NCBI RefSeq assembly: GCF_001194135.2
Contig: NC_068982.1
Span: 59,028,389 to 59,092,095, forward strand
Reading direction: 5' to 3'
Source of the DNA: Octopus bimaculoides
Lineage: Eukaryota
DNA length: 63,707 nucleotides
The translations under genes and the position numbers were made by a program. Below, piece by piece: positions 24,178 through 37,645 of this stretch. Position 1 is the first letter of the stretch; each line of letters starts with the position of its first letter. Under the pieces are notes generated by a model. That model was not told the origin of the DNA. It was given only the letters and a program-made list of their open reading frames with translations, and did no database searches.

Positions 24178-25389
24178 ACTATAACTGGACAGTAAAAAGA
24201 AGAGATGGCCTTGACGAGAATTGAACAGTGGTCTGTTCAATTAAATCTACCCGGCATTAAACAACAGTAACAAATCTTAATTGAGATTGTAGATAATTTA
24301 TATTGTATTTTCTCTTTCCCGCTTCTACTCAATGTTTACGATCCCTCTTTTGCAGTCACAAACAACCTAGGACTACATTATACGATATGGACTTCTTTTT
24401 AAGCCAGTAGCGTATAATCTGATGAAGATTTAGCTGCTATTGCTATATGCTAATGTTGTTGTTGTTTACTCGTAATTGTATGCAGAACTACATTACAGAA
24501 TTTGTTCTTCCCGTTTCCAGACAGTAAGGTGTGCTTTGATGAAGACTGGGTGCTATTTCTCGCAGGTTGCCAGAAAAAAATAAAAAAAAATGAAATGGTC
24601 ACGGTTGGACAACCGTTGATTTTAGACCTGCTCTATCAGGAATGACTTGATGGTGATGGGTATGATGGAGGTGGTGATGGGTTAAAAAAAAAACGCCAAC
24701 AAAAACAGTTGCAGCAGTTGAGATAAATGAAATGCATGCAACAGATCAAAAGTACAAACTCACTCTCTGAGCAGCCCATTCGCCCTGTTCTGTGCGAACT
24801 CGACACCCATCCCTGCGTTGTTTCTGTCTATATTTCGCAGACATAATGGTAGATCAATGAATGACCAGACCAAATAAGCCATCAGCAGAGAAATCCATTG
24901 AACAATATCGGTAAAAACAGACAACAAAAGATTCCTTCATCACCACCACCAATACCTCCGTCGCCATCCTCCCCACGACATAACTACATTCATTATTATA
25001 CAGCCACTATCATCACCATCACCACTATCGCCAACCCCAACACCTCAAGCTATACGACATCACTCCCACCACAACACCACCATCAGCAACAACATCACAC
25101 TTCTATATAACCCTCCACCCACCAGCATTCTCCATTGCCACTGTTACACATTTATTAGACATGCTTATTGGTTTTAATATATTGGCAAAACATTTTTTTT
25201 AAACTAAAATCAAAATTTCAACGTTTTGTTGAAGTAACCTTACTCCCTCTTTTCATCCCCATGTTTGTCTCCCCCTCCTCACCCTTTCTCTTTGTCTCTG
25301 CGTTTCTCTTTTTGCAAATTATTGCTGTTTTGACTTTTCTATCCACATCTCCTCACATCCACGTTTTAATGTGGATGCTATTGGTTATT

Positions 25390-25760
25390 GTGGAGGCGCA
25401 ATGACCCAGTGGTTAGGGCAGCGGACTCGCGGTCATAGGATCGCGGTTTCGATTCCCAAACTGGGCGTTGTGAGTGTTTATTGAGCGAAAACACCTAAAG
25501 CTCCACCAGGCTCCGGCAGGGGGTGGTGGCGAACCCTGCTGTACTCTTTCACCACAACTTTCTCTCACTCTTACTTCCTGTTTCTGTTGTGCCTGTAATT
25601 CAAAGGGTCAGCCTTGTCACACTGTGTCACGCTGAATATTCCCGAGAACTACATTAAGGGTACACGTGTCTGTGGAGTGCTCAGCCACTTGCACGTTAAT
25701 TTCACAAGCAGGCTGTTCCGTTGTCGGATCAACTGGAACCCTCGACGGAGTGTCAACAAT
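25390..25760 (+). mobile_element. SINE family C
   Basis: Highly similar to 23788-24177; TSD gctattggtt. Confidence 0.92.
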
Positions 25761-26241
25761 ACGCTATTGGTTGTTATTGTTGTTGTCTAGTTGTTGTTTA
25801 GCTCCACTTCAGCACTAATGGCAACAACGTTAGCTGTATTTGATGTTGCTGTTGTTTCTGCTGTTGCTGTTTAACCCAAGATCAACCCTGATTAAGCAGT
25901 TGTGGTTACCCTTGTAGGTTGTGTTTGATGGTGCTTTTGTTGTCGTTGTTGTTGCTGTTGTTAAGCCCTCAAACCAACAAGAAAACACAAACGCAACAAC
26001 TAAGGCTAAAACTGCGGAAACAATAAAACTCAATATGTGTGGACATGTGTCTTTGTGTGAAGTAAAGCGTGTGTGTATATGTGGTCATGTGTTTCAGTCT
26101 CTATTTGCGTATGTGGTTGTCTGCTCATATACCCTGTGTACCTACCCGTCTGTATGTAGACCTGTTGGTTTACATATACATACATGTGCAGAGATGTGCA
26201 CCCATACATACAAACATGGTACATAGCAGCAAAACACACAC

Positions 26242-26310
<69 letters not shown>

Positions 26311-26759
26311 TGCACACACAAGGAGACAGAGGTACAAACGTATATATACGCACATGCACACACATACATAAAAAAACACACACACACACAGGAATAAAAC
26401 TCAAACTGTACAGAAACAATTTCCATCAGCTTCACTGTTGTGAATAAAAACAACAGAGAGTTGATGGAATATTTGAATCATGTAAATAATAAAACTGATA
26501 CAGACTGGGGAAGGGTTTAAGTATTTCATGATCAAATTCCGAAAGATAGTTTCTTGATAAAGACGTCGTCACACATCTACAAAAGAATTCGAGAAAATTT
26601 TCCATCTAGCGTGGGGATTTTCAAAAAGATTTTTTTAAAAGCGACAAATTGCTTTTAGATAAATTATTTTCTGGAAACATTCATTCAAGAGAGATCCGGA
26701 ACATTCAGGTTTATCTAAGATCAAGGCGAGTGACCTTTCCTTTACTTTCTCCGATAAAC

Positions 26760-27235
26760 ATGGCTGTGCTGAGATTGGGGATGTGTGAATGTGTGTGGTC
26801 TGGGGAGAGCTTGGAAACAAAATCGTTCAATGATCACAAGTCACTTGACATAGATGTAGTAGCTATTAGAGAGACAAAGATTTCTAGAGTACACACACTA
26901 GCGCCCATTTTCAATGACTATGTGATATTCTCAACTCGTGCTCTGCCAGGATTGGGTGATGTGGTAGCAGTGCTATTCCGGAACTCCTTAGATCTCAAAT
27001 GACGGACAGCAAGTTGGTGATCCTTGAGGTAAACGGCAGAGAAGGTCGCGCCTTTAGCCCGGAGGTTGTTTATACCCCGACAGATGTTGGAAGGCCAGGT
27101 TTCTTCAGACGTCTAAAAGCATTTATGGGGACATCCTGATCACTATTGCTAGTTGGGAATCGGAATTGCATTTTGGACGCATGGAATAATTGTGTAGGGC
27201 TAGTGCATAAAAGAAACGGGTGCAAAAGTCAGGTA
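26760..27235 (+). mobile_element. Tx1/L1-clade LINE, APE endonuclease relic
   Basis: DIDVVAIRETK...VAVLFRNSLDL...KLVILEVNG...VYTP...GRPGFFRRL...LLVGNRNCILD. Confidence 0.8.
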
Positions 27236-27965
27236 CCACATGAAATTCCCTTATGTGCCATTGTAGACATGGGGAAACCACCGCAGGTCGTCTGAATTGT
27301 ATCTGGGTAAAGTATTTGTTTGGCCAGTGGATGAGGATAGCGTAGGAGGAACCCCACACATTCTGGTTATCCCGACCGCCAGATGCACCTTAGCAGGCGC
27401 CTCTCAACTTCTCCGGTTTACAAACGAAAGTTCAGAGTAGGCCATTCACAAAGGTCATCATCGTCACATGCACCCACCTTCCAACAAATTTATGGGAGGA
27501 GGCAGAACTTCCCTCTCCACTCTCTCCTTTTCTACTGGAACTTGACAAAGTCGATGAGGGCTTGCCTGAAGATGAAAGTATCTGTCTTCAGTCCTTTTAA
27601 TCTTGTCCGCCACACTATCTCCTTCGCCATAGCCACCAGACAGCGGATAACTGCCTTTCCTTCCCGGTCAAAGGAAGGCGGCGGGGCGATCTTCATGATG
27701 GACTCGGCTGATAACTAGATCTGTCCTACACGTGATAACTGCTGTTCGACAAAGCTCCACGTGTCAGTAATGTACGGACACTGGACGAGCACCCTGCACA
27801 CACCTCGGAGAGGTCCGTCTGATAGCACTTCCGTGTCTGTCGAGCTTTCTTGGCCTACGCTTGATCCAGGACTGTAGCTCCGTTAACGAAACGAGTTGCA
27901 GAAAATCCTACTTGTCAAACGGCGACCGCACCTGTTCACCGTTAAGAAAGTGCTGGAGATGTTGT
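27236..27965 (-). mobile_element. Tx1/L1-clade LINE C-terminus and 3' UTR, inverted relative to the endonuclease fragment
   Basis: VLVQCPYITDTWSFVEQQL...LVAMAKEIVWRTRLKGL on the minus strand. Confidence 0.7.
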
Positions 27966-27984
27966 AGCCTCAACGCAATCGTTT

Positions 27985-28190
27985 CTACTGAAGATACAAA
28001 ACCTGAAATTTGGAGAGGGGATTAAGTCGATTACATCGACCCCAGTGTGTAACTGGTACTTATTTAATTGACCCTGAAAGGATGCAAGGCAAAGTCGACC
28101 TCGGCGGAATTTGAACTCAGAACATATAGACGGACGAAATACCGCTTAGCATTTCACCCGACGTGCTAACAATTCTGCCAGCTTGCCACC

Positions 28191-28192
<2 letters not shown>
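27985..28192 (-). mobile_element. SINE family B
   Basis: Family B consensus in reverse. Confidence 0.85.

Positions 28193-28238
<46 letters not shown>
28192..28238. repeat. (TAA)n tract at the 5' junction of the Dong-like LINE
   Basis: Directly visible. Confidence 0.95.
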
Positions 28239-28239
<1 letters not shown>

Positions 28240-29490
28240 GCTTTTTGTTGTAGTCCGCTATAGTGCACCCATCCTGAAATGGACACAAGCGGAGACTAAC
28301 CAACTCGATCGCACTACCCGAAAGACAATGACAATGCATCCACCCTAAGGCAAATATACACAGACTCTACATGAAAAGTGGTAAAGGTGGGCGTGGGCTG
28401 ATTAGCATACGGAAGTGCATCAACAGTAAAAGAAGAAACATGGCAGAATATTTGGTAAACAGCAAACAAGACCTGCTACAGTATGCTGCTAGTGCAGAAG
28501 TAGTTAAAATGGATTTGAGAGTGCTCATGAATTACGATCAAGAACAGCCAACGAGAGAGAAGAGACCCTACTCCGTATGGAATTACATGGTCAGTTTCAC
28601 CGTGAAACCAACAAATTAAAATACCAGGAACCATCATGGAGGTGGCTCAACAAGGGTGACCTAAAAAGGAATACTGAAAGCCTAATCATCGCTGCCCAGG
28701 ACCCGACGTTGAATACCAACTCAGTGATAAAGAATATATACCGCACAAGTGCATCAGACCTCTGCAGAATGTGTGGGAAGAGGGTCGAAAGTATGAGTCA
28801 CATTTTTAGTGCTTGTGAAAGTCTTGCACAGAAAGAGTACAAGCGTAGACACGACAAGGTAGCCCAAAATCTCCACTGGCTACTATGCCATAGGTATGGA
28901 TACGAGGTTATGGGTGCTTGGTACCAACATACACCAGAAAAGGTAATGGACGAAAAGGGGAAGGCAAAAATCCTCTGGGGTTTTGATTTCCAGGACGACA
29001 AGATGTTAGAGCACCGAAGGCCGGATATAGTAACCTTTAGAAGGAACAAACAAGAGTGCCTAATATATGACGTGGCAGTGCCAGGAGATCAACGTATTAT
29101 CNNNNNNNNNNTATGACGTGGCAGTGCCAGGAGATCAACGTATTATCATGAAAGAAAAGGTTGATAAATATGGGGACCTGAGAATTGAGATCGCTAAGAT
29201 GTGGCAGCTACGAGAGTCAAACATAAAGGTTGTCCCTATTGTCATCGGAGCATTGGGTTCAACACTACCCAAGCTGAAAAAAAAAAAAAAATTGAAACCT
29301 AAGAAATATCCTACGATCAAGATGTATCGCAAAAGTTGGCATTACTTGGAACTGCACGCATATTGCGTCAAGTACTGTCTGCCTGAGGTCCTCGTTGTGA
29401 CTTGACAAATAGTACAAACCCCCAGTAGACACAATATCTTCAATCAACAACATGACGATATTGTATACTGTGCGACGTCTATAATAATAA
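28239..29490 (+). mobile_element. R4/Dong-clade non-LTR retrotransposon, 5'-truncated and frameshifted (late RT, CCHC, restriction-like endonuclease)
   Basis: RLYMKSGKGGRGL; LHGQF; CRMCGKRVESMSHIFSAC; RRHDKVA; RRPDIV...YDVAVP...KYGDL...VVPIVIGALG; ends in taataataa. Confidence 0.92.
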
Positions 29491-29496
29491 CAATAC

Positions 29497-30036
29497 AGGC
29501 AGTGGCTCTCATGGCTTCTGATCTTAACTGATTGCAAGTGTTATCATGTACATTGTTTTGTCTTGGTACAAAAAGATGGGCTACAGCAAATATTCTGCTT
29601 AATACCACAGATTTGCTTGTCAGTTGTTTGACCTTAACCTGCTGAACATGTCCCTTAGTGACTGATGATATGTGCATCTCTGATCACGAGCAGAAGTAGT
29701 GGGGAGCGCCGTAGTTATATGTTGAGAGGAATTCTTTGGGGTTTGAATAATTCACCTCTGGAAACATGGGTGTTTCGTTCAGTATCCTTAAACAACCCTT
29801 ATTCAAGGACTATTTGAGAGGGATGGGCTACTCAACCTGAAGAGAATTCTAACTGGGCCCCACCTGCGAGGTCATGTGCTGTTAATCTTGATATGAGATC
29901 ACCATGTCACGCACATATGGTTGTAATGCATGTGCCTGGTGTACCCTTATCAGACGGGTAGTCATGATGGGTATAACAGGCTTCGTATATTTTACCTCAG
30001 TGTCACTTTGATGGCATGCACTGCTCTCTCACTCAA
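29497..30036. mobile_element. Unclassified ~540-bp non-coding element bounded by (TAA)n on both sides
   Basis: GC-richer island between TAA tracts, no ORF or tRNA head seen; mobility is inferred. Confidence 0.5.
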
Positions 30037-30506
30037 TAATAATAATAATTGCTGCTGTTGTTACTATTATTATCATCATCGTCATTATCATTAGGGTGTT
30101 TGATGATATTGCCTCGGTGCCTGACCAAATGTTGTACAGTAACGTATTGAAATACCCTGACAAGTAAGTTCATACACTACACTGAGATACATTACACAGC
30201 CATGATTAATATATAGGCATTGGTGCAAAAGCGCAACACTTAGGCTTTAGCAAGTTTTTAGCTCTTAGCATTTTAACCTATGGACTATAAATGATTAATT
30301 ACGTGGAAAGAGTAACTCAAGTACAGTCAGTTGCCACAGTAAGAAAATCAAATTTCATTTTGCATCAAGGTTGTCTGGTTTAGATATGACATAATCTATA
30401 GTAAGGTTAGGCTAATGTCATGTGAACAACAAGGATTGAAAGGACTGAAACGGACAAATAAGAGAAGATATATTCATACACATACACGTACATATGTATA
30501 TCTGTA

Positions 30507-30648
30507 TAGAGGAGGCGTGGCTGTGTGGTAAGAAGCTTACTTCTCAACCACCTTTTTTCCGGGCAAGTGTCTTCTATTATAGCCACGGACCGACCAAAGC
30601 CTTGTGAGTGGATTTGGTAGACGGAAACTAAAAAAAGCCTGTCGAATA

Positions 30649-30722
<74 letters not shown>

Positions 30723-30935
30723 TGTCTGTCCCTAACTCCCACCACTGCTTGATAACCGGTGTTGGATTGTTTACGTCTCCGTAACTTAGCAGTCCGGCAA
30801 AATAAACCGATAGAATAGGTACTAGGCTTACAAAAAAATAAATTCTGGGCTCGTCTGCTTCGACTAAAAACCCTTTAAGGCGGTGCTCCAGCATGGCCAC
30901 ATTAAAATTTACTGAACCAAGTCAATGAATAAACG
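30507..30935 (+). mobile_element. SINE family A (B-box region deleted, long TG tract)
   Basis: Family A consensus. Confidence 0.85.
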
Positions 30936-31355
30936 TAAAAAGAATATATACATGCATACACACACGTACTTTATTGTGAGAAAGAGTACCTAAAGAGACC
31001 GGTGATTCTCTACACCGATAAGAATTGTATATATAGCTAAACGTAAACAGTAAGTTAACACGTCGTGGAGGGTTGGGTTTCCTACAAACGGACTAAAACG
31101 TTCAGAGTTGAGATAAAGGTAATTAAAAAGAAAACAGGCAGAAATATATCGTCGTAACACCCGTCGTAGACAGGTGTTGCGCAAACGATTCATTTATAGT
31201 GATCAACTGTGTGCTGTATATTTGTCCACTCGATCCATGAAATCGAAATTGCTTGTACAGGTACTCGTTGTACTATACATTGGATGTCGAAATGATCGCA
31301 GGGCAACGTTTTGCCCAAGAACATAACGCATTGGACAGTCTCGGTCTCTCTCTCG

Positions 31356-31404
<49 letters not shown>

Positions 31405-32132
31405 GTGTCTGGAGAGAGTCATTCTCTTTTAGTCCCTTATTATTTATCACACACACACACCAGTAAAGTTTCCATTCATTTACTTTATTTTTCTAGAAAA
31501 ATAAATAAGTGGAAATTTTACCAGTGAGTGTGTTANNNNNNNNNNNNNNNNNNNNNNNNNNNNNNNNNNNNNNNNNNNNNNNNNNNNNNNNNNNNNNNNN
31601 NNNNNNNNNNNNNNNNNNNNNNNNNNNNNNNNNNNNNNNNNNNNNNNNNNNNNNNNNNNNNNNNNNNNNNNNNNNNNNNNNNNNNNNNNNNNNNNNNNNN
31701 NNNNNNNNNNNNNNNNNNNNNNNNNNNNNNNNNNNNNNNNNNNNNNNNNNNNNNNNNNNNNNNNNNNNNNNNNNNNNNNNNNNNNNNNNNNNNNNNNNNN
31801 NNNNNNNNNNNNNNNNNNNNNNNNNNNNNNNNNNNNNNNNNNNNNNNNNNNNNNNNNNNNNNNNNNNNNNNNNNNNNNNNNNNNNNNNNNNNNNNNNNNN
31901 NNNNNNNNNNNNNNNNNNNNNNNNNNNNNNNNNNNNNNNNNNNNNNNNNNNNNNNNNNNNNNNNNNNNNNNNNNNNNNNNNNNNNNNNNNNNNNNNNNNN
32001 NNNNNNNNNNNNNNNNNNNNNNNNNNNNNNNNNNNNNNNNNNNNNNNNNNNNNNNNNNNNNNNNNNNNNNNNNNNNNNNNNNNNNNNNNNNNNNNNNNNN
32101 NNNNNNNNNNNNNNNNNNNNNNNNNNNNNNNN

Positions 32133-32169
<37 letters not shown>

Positions 32170-32185
32170 CGAGTAGTAAATATAT

Positions 32186-32350
32186 ATATAAAGCGAGTAG
32201 CCACATCAAAGTGACAGTTGAATGTTACTACTAGTTTAACCACAGGCGGATTCTCCACCAGCTGGTTTTCAGTGCAAGTTCTGCACCATTTATATACAAA
32301 TTCATCGGTAGCAGGGGGAGCGAAATCCTTCTCCCCTCCAGCAGCTAACA
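32186..32350 (+). mobile_element. Partial copy (left arm plus loop) of the neighbouring foldback element
   Basis: gagtagccacatcaaagtgacagttgaa...ccctccagcag matches 32556-32690. Confidence 0.85.
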
Positions 32351-32505
32351 GGATCGCGGGACTGGCCCAGTTTCGAGTTATTTGGCTCATCCTCAGCCGG
32401 GTGCACCTGCGCAGTGGAGTGATAGCTAAGATCCGCTTCTGCCAGCGATATATTGTAAGCAAAGTGGCCATCGGTCACTAATTTACAACAAGCAAAATAG
32501 CTATC

Positions 32506-32856
32506 TATAAAATCCCAAGAAAAGATAGAATAGTAACGTATACTAAACAGTAAAGGGAGTAGCCACATCAAAGTGACAGTTGAAGGTTACTACTAGTTTA
32601 ACCCCAGCTGGTTTTCGATGCAAGCTCTGCACCTTTTACATACAATGCATCGCTAGCGGGGAGAGCAAACCCCTACTGCCCTCCAGCAGAAGCGATGCAT
32701 GGTATACAAAAGGGTGCAGAGCTTGCACAGAAAACCAGCTGGCGGAGAGCCCGTCTGGGTTTAAACTAGTAGTAACATTCAATTGCCACTTTGATGTGGC
32801 TACTCACCTTACTGTTTAGTATACGTTACTACTCTATCTCTTCTTGAGATTTTATA
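32506..32856. mobile_element. ~350-bp foldback (long-TIR) element, unclassified
   Basis: Arms of ~145-165 bp are reverse complements around a ~40-bp loop. Confidence 0.85.
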
Positions 32857-34717
32857 ACTAACTGTGTGCGTGTGTGTGTGTGTGTGAAATATAAGAAGTT
32901 AAGGCTTTTTTAATCATATCCCTAACTTCCGCGTTTGCTCAATATGTTGAAGTAGAGGGCTGCATGACACCATACAAACATTGATATTTGAAATACATTT
33001 TGTTTACGCTCGATCGGAATTTGAGTGGATGCCGAAGAAAAACGTTAGAAAATGAATCACACATGCTTCTATTCATTGCCACGCGGAAAAGGTGTTTTAT
33101 TGTCTGCTTTTCACGTGCAAAAGCATGTCATATTTACGTATCTCCAGTATTATTTGGAACAAAAAAAAAAACCATATAAGTAAGGGGAACAGCACTTGCT
33201 GATAAATTATTAGCGTTAATGGATAAATGAATGTTTTTTTTTTATTGACTCTTTTTCACAGCATTGCAAATTCAGTGTATTAGAAATATAAAAATTTAAC
33301 CAGTTGGTCGTTGAAAATTCTTTTATAAATATCAATGGAAATCTCTGCCAGATTTCACCATCTCTGATCTTTTGTTGAATAATCCAAAAGCTTTCACAAA
33401 ATCTTACTTTTCTTCGAGAAATAAAGATCGCATCATCTGAATACATTAAAGCAAAGGTCGCTGGTTTTATAATGGACCAATATTCTTATAAATGTAAATA
33501 CTATGTTCCCTTAAACTCCAGACATATTTTGATAATGAAGTCGTTATAAGCCTGTCTGAGATTTTGAATGCATAAGTTCCAAGATTGTTTTAGAAGAATT
33601 TTCAATAATCTCTACATAGCTTTTTGTTTCGCTGTTATTTTATTTGCATGAGAGACGTTAGATTTGATAAACTTCATGCTATAGAATGATTACTACCATA
33701 GACAGAGAAGAACGATATTAGAGTTGTTACAATTGACTACAAGAAACGAGGTTCACATATGCTTGTGCTTAAAAGATTTTTTTATGCTAACTATAGTAGC
33801 AGCGAAGGCAACTTTAACGTTATTCTTTGCTAAACATCTTGTGATGAATATGGTCAGTGGAGAAATACCTAATAAGGTTTAGGTGAATCTTGGCACAATT
33901 ATATTGGACATTAAAACTACAAGAGGGAGCATTACGTATAGTATTTTATTTCTATTTTGTATGTTAGAATATTAGTACTACCTTTATATAATTATTTTTG
34001 TCTTTGTCGTCAGTCTTTAATACAACTTTTTAGTAGTAAGTTAAAGGATTCTTGTCATAGATTAAGCTTGGTATGGATCTTTTATTATCATTAGCTACGT
34101 TTTCTTAGGATTATTGGAAGACAGTTGGAATACATCAATATACAGTTATTTTTATTATTTGTATTTATTGGTGACTAAATCTAGCGATACATCGTATGGA
34201 CATTCATACTTTGCAAAATGGATAGTGCCATCACAGAAAAGTCCAAAGTCTGTGAAGTGGAATCTCTTTCAAAGTAAGCCACATTCACAAATCTCATTCC
34301 CATCGAACGAACCCTTGGCAACATCACAGAATACCGAACGGCTACGTTTCAACCGAAAGAGAGTTATCATAAAATAACTAAGAATATCAACATCTGAATC
34401 ACTAACCAAAATAAAACTTTTACCAAATCCTAAAACTTTCTGAAGAAGGTATTTAGCTATAAACTGATAGAATTGTACCGATCTGCATAAATGTACAAAG
34501 CTTCTTATCTACATTATTGAACACCTCGATGACAGGTAAAATACTATTCTGTAAGAGACTAGAAGAGGACATTTTAATGTTAACAAATTTAATTGACTAA
34601 AACATGTTACACCTTTTTCAGATACATGAAACTGAATTTGAAAAACAGAAAATAATCGCTTGTATCTTTAAATGTAATATCGTACATGTAATAAAGACAT
34701 ATACCAATCTCCTTTTA

Positions 34718-34766
<49 letters not shown>

Positions 34767-34866
34767 NNNNNNNNNNNNNNNNNNNNNNNNNNNNNNNNNN
34801 NNNNNNNNNNNNNNNNNNNNNNNNNNNNNNNNNNNNNNNNNNNNNNNNNNNNNNNNNNNNNNNNNN

Positions 34867-34917
<51 letters not shown>

Positions 34918-35057
34918 TTATTTTGGGTAACATTCTCGCAAAAACCTTTCAACTTAAAGCTGATGTGGGTACAGAAACGTACGTCGTGCTGTATCATTCA
35001 AGCCTTTTGACTTCCATCCTCGTGTTATATAACATATATAACACGAGGATGGATGTG

Positions 35058-35088
<31 letters not shown>

Positions 35089-35689
35089 TAGAGAGGGGGG
35101 TATACACACATACATATAAAAATACAGAGAGAGGGGAAGAGGGAAGAATATGTACGTATGTATATGCAAATTTATCGTTTCTTCAGATAAGTCACTTCAT
35201 TCCTGGCAAAAGGTAAAAGAAAGAAATGACATATTAGGAATGAGGTTTCTCTCTTCTGTTTGTGTTGCATGGAATGGTAAGTAGAGAAACCTATAGATAA
35301 TGAATAAATGGAACAGGAAGGGGTAGGTGAACTGAGGATAAAATAAATACAAAGGTAAGAGGTAGGAATGACATTATAGGTAAGGCAATAGATCAGAATG
35401 GTGAACTTTACTTACTTGGGATGATTGCGAGAAAGCCACGTCTTTTACGTAATAAACACATAAGTTATTTTTATCTCTTTGATAAGAGCAGAATAATCAG
35501 TTGCTATAGGAAATAAATTGGCGCTTGTCACCTGTAGAATTCTTGATAAACCTGCAATAAAATGATGTTATATTAATTTTATGATACCTTGGCTTTATGT
35601 TTCAAAATTTAATCCACAGTTAGGTCGATGTTACTTTTGTTATTCATCTCTGTTACGTTAGATACATAAATGTTTTACATGGCTATGTG

Positions 35690-35950
35690 CGTAAGAAGCT
35701 CGTATAACAACGGCGTAGTTTCGGGTTCAGTCCTACTGAACGTCACCTTGAGCAAGTATATTCTACGAGGTATTAGTCGGCTCGGAGGTATAGTAAAGTA
35801 GCTCCGTGCTGACTAATGGCTTGTGAGTGAATTTGGTAGACGGAAACTATGTGAAAACCCGTCGTGCGTGCGTGCTTCTCCTCCACACACTGTCTGAAAG
35901 TCAATGTTGGTTTGTTGACGTCCCTGTGACTTAGCTTTCGGATAGAATTA
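35690..35950 (+). mobile_element. SINE family A, diverged
   Basis: Decayed head and body. Confidence 0.65.
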
Positions 35951-35954
35951 GTTT

Positions 35955-36315
35955 TCTTTTCTTTTTTTCAGTCATTTGACTGCGGCCATGCTGAAGCACC
36001 GTGTTTAGTCGAACAAATCGACTCCAAGACTTATTCTTTGCAAGCCTAGTACTTATTCTATCGGTCTATTTTGCTGAACCGCTAAGTTGCGGAGACGTTA
36101 ACACACCAATATCGGTTGTCAAGCGATGGTGGGGGAACAAACAAAGACACACAAACACACACACATATACGATGGGCTTCTTTCAGTTTCCATCTACCAA
36201 ATCCACTCACGCGGCTATAGTTGAAGACACTTGCCCAAGGTGCCACGCAGTGGGACTGAACTTGGAACCATGTGGTAGGGAAGCAAGTTTCTTACCACAC
36301 AGCCACGCCTGCGCC
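35955..36315 (-). mobile_element. SINE family A, full length
   Basis: Family A consensus in reverse. Confidence 0.9.
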
Positions 36316-36559
36316 AAATAGATACTAAATTTTAAAAGGTAAGTACTTGGATCAATTTGTTTGACTAAAACCCTTCGACATGGTCCTCCAGCATGGCCGT
36401 AGTACAACGGCTGAAACTAGTCGAAGACAAAAGATTACTTAGATATTACATTAGATACAAATGACATTAGTAAATTAAATGTTACATTAATTATTTAGAT
36501 ATTGCATGATATACTACAGTAGTTGAATATTACACTGCTTTGGTATTACATCCGTAATA

Positions 36560-36760
36560 AAGTAGCGAGTTGGCTGAATTGTTAGCATAGCGGACAAAAT
36601 GCTGAGCAGCACTTCTTCCATCTTTACCTTCTGAGTTCAAATTCCACCGGGGTCGATAAAATAAGTAACAGTTGAGCACTGAGGTCGAAGTCGGTGCAAT
36701 TGACTTCCCTCCTCCTCTGGTTATGTTAGCCTTGTGCCAAAGTTTGAGACTGATATTACA
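36560..36760 (+). mobile_element. SINE family B
   Basis: Family B consensus with a partial deletion. Confidence 0.8.
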
Positions 36761-36850
36761 TTAGTAATATGTTATGATAAACGTTATATTGTAAATTATG
36801 AGACATTATTTAGATGCTGCATATGTTAGTTGGATGTCACATTAGTTAGG

Positions 36851-37173
36851 TTGTTGGCACTCCGTCGCTTACGACGTCGAGGGTTCCAGTTGATCCGATC
36901 AACGGAACAGCCTGCTTGTGAAATTAACGTGCAAGTGGGGATATTCAGCATGACACAGTGTGACAAGGCTGACCCTTTGAATTACAGGCACAACAGGAAC
37001 AGGAAGTAAGAGAAAGTTGTGGTGAAAGAGTACAGCAGGGTTCGCCACCATCCCCTACCGGAGCTTTAGGTGTTTTCGCTCAATAAACACTCACAATGCC
37101 CAGTCTGGGAATCGAAACCGCGATCCTATGACCACGCGTCCGCTACCCTAACCACTGGGCCATAGCGCCTCCA
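36851..37173 (-). mobile_element. SINE family C (internal deletions)
   Basis: Family C consensus in reverse; TSD attagttagg. Confidence 0.9.
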
Positions 37174-37464
37174 GATTAGTTAGGTAGATGGTACATTACT
37201 TATATTACAATAATTAGTTAAACATTACATTTGGCATATTCATTCATCTCTTAGAAAAAAATGCATGATTTCAATTTTACCCCCCCNNNNNNNNNNTTTT
37301 CCCCCCCCCCCCCAATGGAATTGATCATGTCTTGTAGTGACTAACATCACTATTTATTGAAGAATTTCGATCTACAGACTGGTTAATATAAATTATTTTC
37401 CATATAAGAATTTGTCATAACACCAAATTGACAATAAACTAATAAACCTTTTAATCATATGCAC

Positions 37465-37645
37465 AGGACCTGAAATATTTTAGGGGAAGAGGACAGTCTA
37501 TTACATTGACCCCAGTGCTCAGCTGGTACTTACTTTATCCTGAAGGATGAAAGGCAAGGTCAACCGTGGTAGAATTTGAACTTAGGACGTGATACCGCTA
37601 AGCGTTTTATCTGGTATGCTAATGATTCTGCTAGCTTACCGCCTT
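37465..37645 (-). mobile_element. SINE family B, diverged
   Basis: Family B consensus in reverse. Confidence 0.75.

Noticed and set aside
29940-29962. CTGATAA in a hairpin (minus strand) resembling a hammerhead core
   Set aside because: G8 is missing and there is no downstream GAAA/stem III.
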